Source: Candidatus Bathyarchaeia archaeon
GTDB taxonomy: Archaea; Thermoproteota; Bathyarchaeia; Bathyarchaeales; Bathycorpusculaceae
NCBI GenBank assembly: GCA_050010515.1
Contig: JBEKKX010000006.1
Span: 1 to 64,000, forward strand
Direction of reading: 5' to 3'
Length of the DNA: 64,000 bases
Shown here: piece after piece, positions 60,646 to 64,000 of the stretch
Layout: each line of letters starts with the position of its first letter
Numbering within the stretch: the stretch's first letter is position 1
The notes under the pieces: generated by a model
What the model was told of the DNA's origin: nothing
Database searches by the model: none
The model's input: only the letters and a program-made list of their open reading frames with translations
Position numbers and translations under genes: made by a program

Positions 60646-62049
60646 TTGGTTTCAGCAGAAAAAGGTAAACCAACCGTTGATGAGTTGCTTGCGAAAGCCA
60701 AGAAGCCTGCACAGTTAGCTTCTCCAATGCACAGGTTTTATGAGGGAAAAATGCAGGTCATCCCTAAATGCGCTATCAGAAGCGTTGACGACTTTGCCGT
60801 TTGGTACACCCCAGGCGTGGCTACGCCATGTAGAGAAATTCAAGCTGACCCTGACAAATCATTTGAATTAACTAATCGCTGGAATTACGTAGCAGTGGTT
60901 TCAGATGGAACGCGTGTTTTAGGTTTAGGCGACATAGGTCCTGAAGCGGCGTTGCCTGTGATGGAGGGAAAAGCGCTTTTGTTCAAGTATTTAGGCGGCG
61001 TTGACGCGTTTCCAATTTGCCTAGGAACCAAGGACCCAGATGAAATAGTTAGGATTTGTAAAGCTCTTGAACCGTCTTTCGGCGGCATTAACCTTGAAGA
61101 TATTGAGAAACCAAAATGTTTTCATATTCTTGAGAAATCCTGCGAACAACTGAATATTCCAGTTTGGCATGATGACCAGCAGGGAACCGCCACGGTGATC
61201 TTGGCAGGGCTAATTAACTCTTTCAGAATCGTGGGCAAAAAACCGCAAGAAAGCTTAATCACATTGGTTGGGTCAGGAGCAGCAAATATTCGGACAGCTT
61301 ATGTGCTTATGCGGTGGGGCATTAAACCAGGCAACATAATACTTGCCGACAGCAAAGGCGTTGTTCATAAGAGCAGAAAAGACATCACAAAAGAAGAAGA
61401 TCCATGGAAATATGATGTTGCACAGAAAACTAACGCTGAAGGCAGAACCGGCGACATCCAAGAAGCATTCAAAGGCGCGGATGCAGTTGTTGCTGCTTCA
61501 AAACCCGGTCCAGGCACCATTAAGAAAGAATGGATTAAAACAATGGCTAAAGATGCAATAATCTTTGCATGCGCTAACCCAATACCTGAAATTTGGCCTT
61601 GGGACGCAGAGGAAGCAGGAGCACGAATTGTAGCGACAGGTAGAAGCGACTTTCCCAACCAAGTGAACAACAGCTTAGGGTTTCCAGGTATTTTCCGAGG
61701 AGTCTTAGACGTTAAGGCAAAAACTGTCACAGACGACATGTGCATTGCAGCAGCGCAGGAACTGGCAAATTACGCCCAAGAACGTGGAATAAACGAGAAG
61801 GATATCTTGCCTAGAATGGATGAGTGGGAAGTTTTTCCAAGAGAAGCGGTTGCATGCGCATTAAAATCAATCGAGCAAGGCGTTGCAAGAATAAAACCCA
61901 GCAAGAAAGAATTATACGAACGGGCTTCCGCCATAATACAAAACGCCAGGCAATCAACTGAACTGTTGATGAAGCATGGATTAATTAAGCAGCCTCCAAC
62001 TGAGAGCGAACTTTTGAAACAATCTTCGAAGTTCGCCCAGTTTGCTTGA
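60646..62049 (+). CDS. NAD(P)-dependent malic enzyme
   Basis: YTPGVA, DGTRVLGLGDIG, VMEGK, INLEDI, HDDQQGT, ATGRSDFPNQVNN. Confidence 0.94.
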   Translation: MVSAEKGKPTVDELLAKAKKPAQLASPMHRFYEGKMQVIPKCAIRSVDDFAVWYTPGVATPCREIQADPDKSFELTNRWNYVAVVSDGTRVLGLGDIGPEAALPVMEGKALLFKYLGGVDAFPICLGTKDPDEIVRICKALEPSFGGINLEDIEKPKCFHILEKSCEQLNIPVWHDDQQGTATVILAGLINSFRIVGKKPQESLITLVGSGAANIRTAYVLMRWGIKPGNIILADSKGVVHKSRKDITKEEDPWKYDVAQKTNAEGRTGDIQEAFKGADAVVAASKPGPGTIKKEWIKTMAKDAIIFACANPIPEIWPWDAEEAGARIVATGRSDFPNQVNNSLGFPGIFRGVLDVKAKTVTDDMCIAAAQELANYAQERGINEKDILPRMDEWEVFPREAVACALKSIEQGVARIKPSKKELYERASAIIQNARQSTELLMKHGLIKQPPTESELLKQSSKFAQFA

Positions 62050-62153
62050 AAAGTTAGAGGTTGCATGGGAAGTTATTTAGGTAAAATCAGTCGTAGCCCA
62101 AATGGATTCACGAAGCAAAAAAGTTTAACAAAAATAAAAAATGTGGTTTTGAA

Positions 62154-62441
62154 TTAAAGTGGTGTAATTTTTACTATATTTCTTTTTTCAAGCCTTCGCA
62201 GCGCATCTAAGCACTCATCTTTTTTCTCGCCAGTAATATTTAGGTTGAGCATTATGTCCCTAACTGAAACTTCTGCTTTACCGAAATTTTGATGACGCTT
62301 GTAAAGATGTTGGACAATAGATTTTTCAAGCTTCCCACATCGCCAAGTAGTGTTGCGAATTAAAACAACGATGGTTCGGACAAGTGTCTGCTCTTTTGAT
62401 TTTCTTCCTCGCGAATCTCCCATCTCGCCCCACTGCTCCAT
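62154..62441 (-). CDS. small basic hypothetical protein, possible winged helix
   Basis: C-terminal DALRRLEKRNIVKI pattern. Confidence 0.6.
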   Translation of the reverse strand: MEQWGEMGDSRGRKSKEQTLVRTIVVLIRNTTWRCGKLEKSIVQHLYKRHQNFGKAEVSVRDIMLNLNITGEKKDECLDALRRLEKRNIVKITPL

Positions 62442-62516
62442 GTAAAATGCACCATAGTTTTTAAACGTTTGTTCCTCAGTGGAATAAAGCTTTAATCTTG
62501 GGAGATGGCAATTGTT

Positions 62517-62966
62517 TTATAGTGTTTTTTTGAGGTACAAGCCGTGTTTTTTGCCGTAGTATTTTTCTAGTCTACTGATTTTTTGGTACCCGTTGCTTTG
62601 GTAGAGTTTTAATGCGGTTGTGTTGTCTTCGCGGACTTCTAAATGACATTCGGTTATACCCTTTTGCTTGAGAATGTCTTCTGTTTCTTTTAGCATTTTG
62701 CTTGCAATGCCTTTTCGTCGGTAGGTTGGGGTCACGTTTATTGTTATTATATGCCCGTAGAGTGTATTGTTTTCTATTTCTACTTGTGCTATTATGAATC
62801 CTGCTATGTCGCTGTTTGCTTTGGCTGCTAATGCGATTGTATTGTAATCTGTAAGCAAGTAGGCTATTTGTCGTTTTGTGAAGGCTTCTTGGTCAAAGCA
62901 TTGCTCTTCAATTTCACAGAGCTTATCGATTAGCCTGATGGAAGCGGTTTCAATTTTTATTTCCAT
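62517..62966 (-). CDS. rimI: RimI/Ard1-like GNAT N-acetyltransferase
   Basis: HIITINV.PTYRRKGIA, LEVREDN..A.KLY, YY. Confidence 0.88.
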   Translation of the reverse strand: MEIKIETASIRLIDKLCEIEEQCFDQEAFTKRQIAYLLTDYNTIALAAKANSDIAGFIIAQVEIENNTLYGHIITINVTPTYRRKGIASKMLKETEDILKQKGITECHLEVREDNTTALKLYQSNGYQKISRLEKYYGKKHGLYLKKTL

Positions 62967-62985
62967 TTTATTATCTTAAGAATAA

Positions 62986-64000
62986 TTAGGGTAGAGGGTC
63001 GATTTTAATTTTTTCTGTGTTTACCGCTGAGGATACAGCTGGTTTTAGTTCAAGCCATTGCTGGGCTCCAAAGCCTATAATGAAGAATAACCACAATGTT
63101 ATGATTCTTGTAAGTATAGTGGCTGTGGCGCTCAGTGCTCCAGGGACACCCATTGAAATGAAAAGGGTAGTCATTACTGCCTCTGGAAGCCCAACTTCAA
63201 ACGGTATACCTACGGGAATTGATTTGACAGCTAAGAATATGGCTGAAGTGACGAGAATTACACTCCATGAAACTGGATGCCCAAGCGATACAAAGACAAG
63301 GTATGGTATGCTTAGACTAAAAAACCAAGATATAAGCAAATAGACCAGTGAATAAGCTATAGTCCTTGGGTTATGCCTGAACTCTTTCATTGAATCATGA
63401 AAGTGCTCTGTAATTTCGACAGCTTCTTCTTTCAATTTTCCCAGTTTCATTTTTCCAATACTGATTTTTTGCGCAAACTTTGTTATCCAATTGACTACTT
63501 TTAAGGTCCATTGCCGCTTGAAAGACAAAACAATCATTAAAACAAGTATTGCTATTATTGCTGCCGCAACTAATATAATCAGGTTGAAGACCAAGGGGTT
63601 AACGTTGCCTCCAAAGGTAAGTAACACTAATCCTGCGATTAGTGCAAAAGCGTTTATTGCGGTGCCAAGAAGCCTATGAGCATAGAGTGACGCTACCACT
63701 TTTCCGAATGAGCCGCATCCGTCTCTTGTAAGCAGATATGTTCGGGTTACTTCTCCGCTAATGGATTGCGCTGGAACAATGGTGTCAACGTACATGCCGT
63801 ACCAAACATAGAGGTAAGCTCGAACTATAGTCATTTTGATGGAAAGATGATTGGTTAACACATGCCAGGAAACTGTAAAGAATAACACTTGAAATAAACC
63901 GAACAATATGGCTATCGAATAAATAAGTGGATTGGCGGTTTTCGCGGTGGCAAATATTCCTAAAATGTTTACTTGGAACACATAAATGTACAAGAAAAAT
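62986..64000 (-). CDS. UPF0104/LPG synthase TM-domain membrane protein (5' end outside the window)
   Basis: Paralog of 47874-48902 (DTIVP..SISGE, PEAVM, ILTR); frame open to the window edge. Confidence 0.8.
   Translation of the reverse strand, partial: FFLYIYVFQVNILGIFATAKTANPLIYSIAILFGLFQVLFFTVSWHVLTNHLSIKMTIVRAYLYVWYGMYVDTIVPAQSISGEVTRTYLLTRDGCGSFGKVVASLYAHRLLGTAINAFALIAGLVLLTFGGNVNPLVFNLIILVAAAIIAILVLMIVLSFKRQWTLKVVNWITKFAQKISIGKMKLGKLKEEAVEITEHFHDSMKEFRHNPRTIAYSLVYLLISWFFSLSIPYLVFVSLGHPVSWSVILVTSAIFLAVKSIPVGIPFEVGLPEAVMTTLFISMGVPGALSATATILTRIITLWLFFIIGFGAQQWLELKPAVSSAVNTEKIKIDPLP

Overview
Archaeal chromosomal segment, most consistent with Bathyarchaeia. This is an inference from tiaS, the tRNA-splicing endonuclease, archaemetzincin, presenilin, short purA, alpha2-type GlyRS, stand-alone Lrp RAM domains, a large secreted PQQ-propeller protein and a grpE-dnaK-dnaJ operon. 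Most of the window is housekeeping (purA, asnS, satP-acs, grpE-dnaK-dnaJ, alaS, tiaS, pyrG, endA, glyS, malic enzyme, rimI). Two accessory loci stand out. (1) A single-gene AT-rich insert encodes a 1394-aa nucleoside phosphorylase(PNP_UDP)-STAND/NACHT-HEAT protein, an NLR-like immune candidate. It lies between intact alaS and a decayed second copy of the alaS 3' end, suggesting insertion by gene-end replacement. (2) A low-potential reductase operon couples one double-cubane-type catalytic subunit to BzdP/BzdQ-type activases, a ferredoxin and a NapH-like membrane Fe-S protein, with a secreted protein upstream. Intergenic regions also hold a nested ~140-nt hairpin (ncRNA candidate), a divergent pair of unannotated RHH-like microproteins, several small pseudogenes and candidate operators. 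No tRNA, rRNA, CRISPR array, integrase or transposase was recognised. All family calls come from motif recognition by eye, without database searches.
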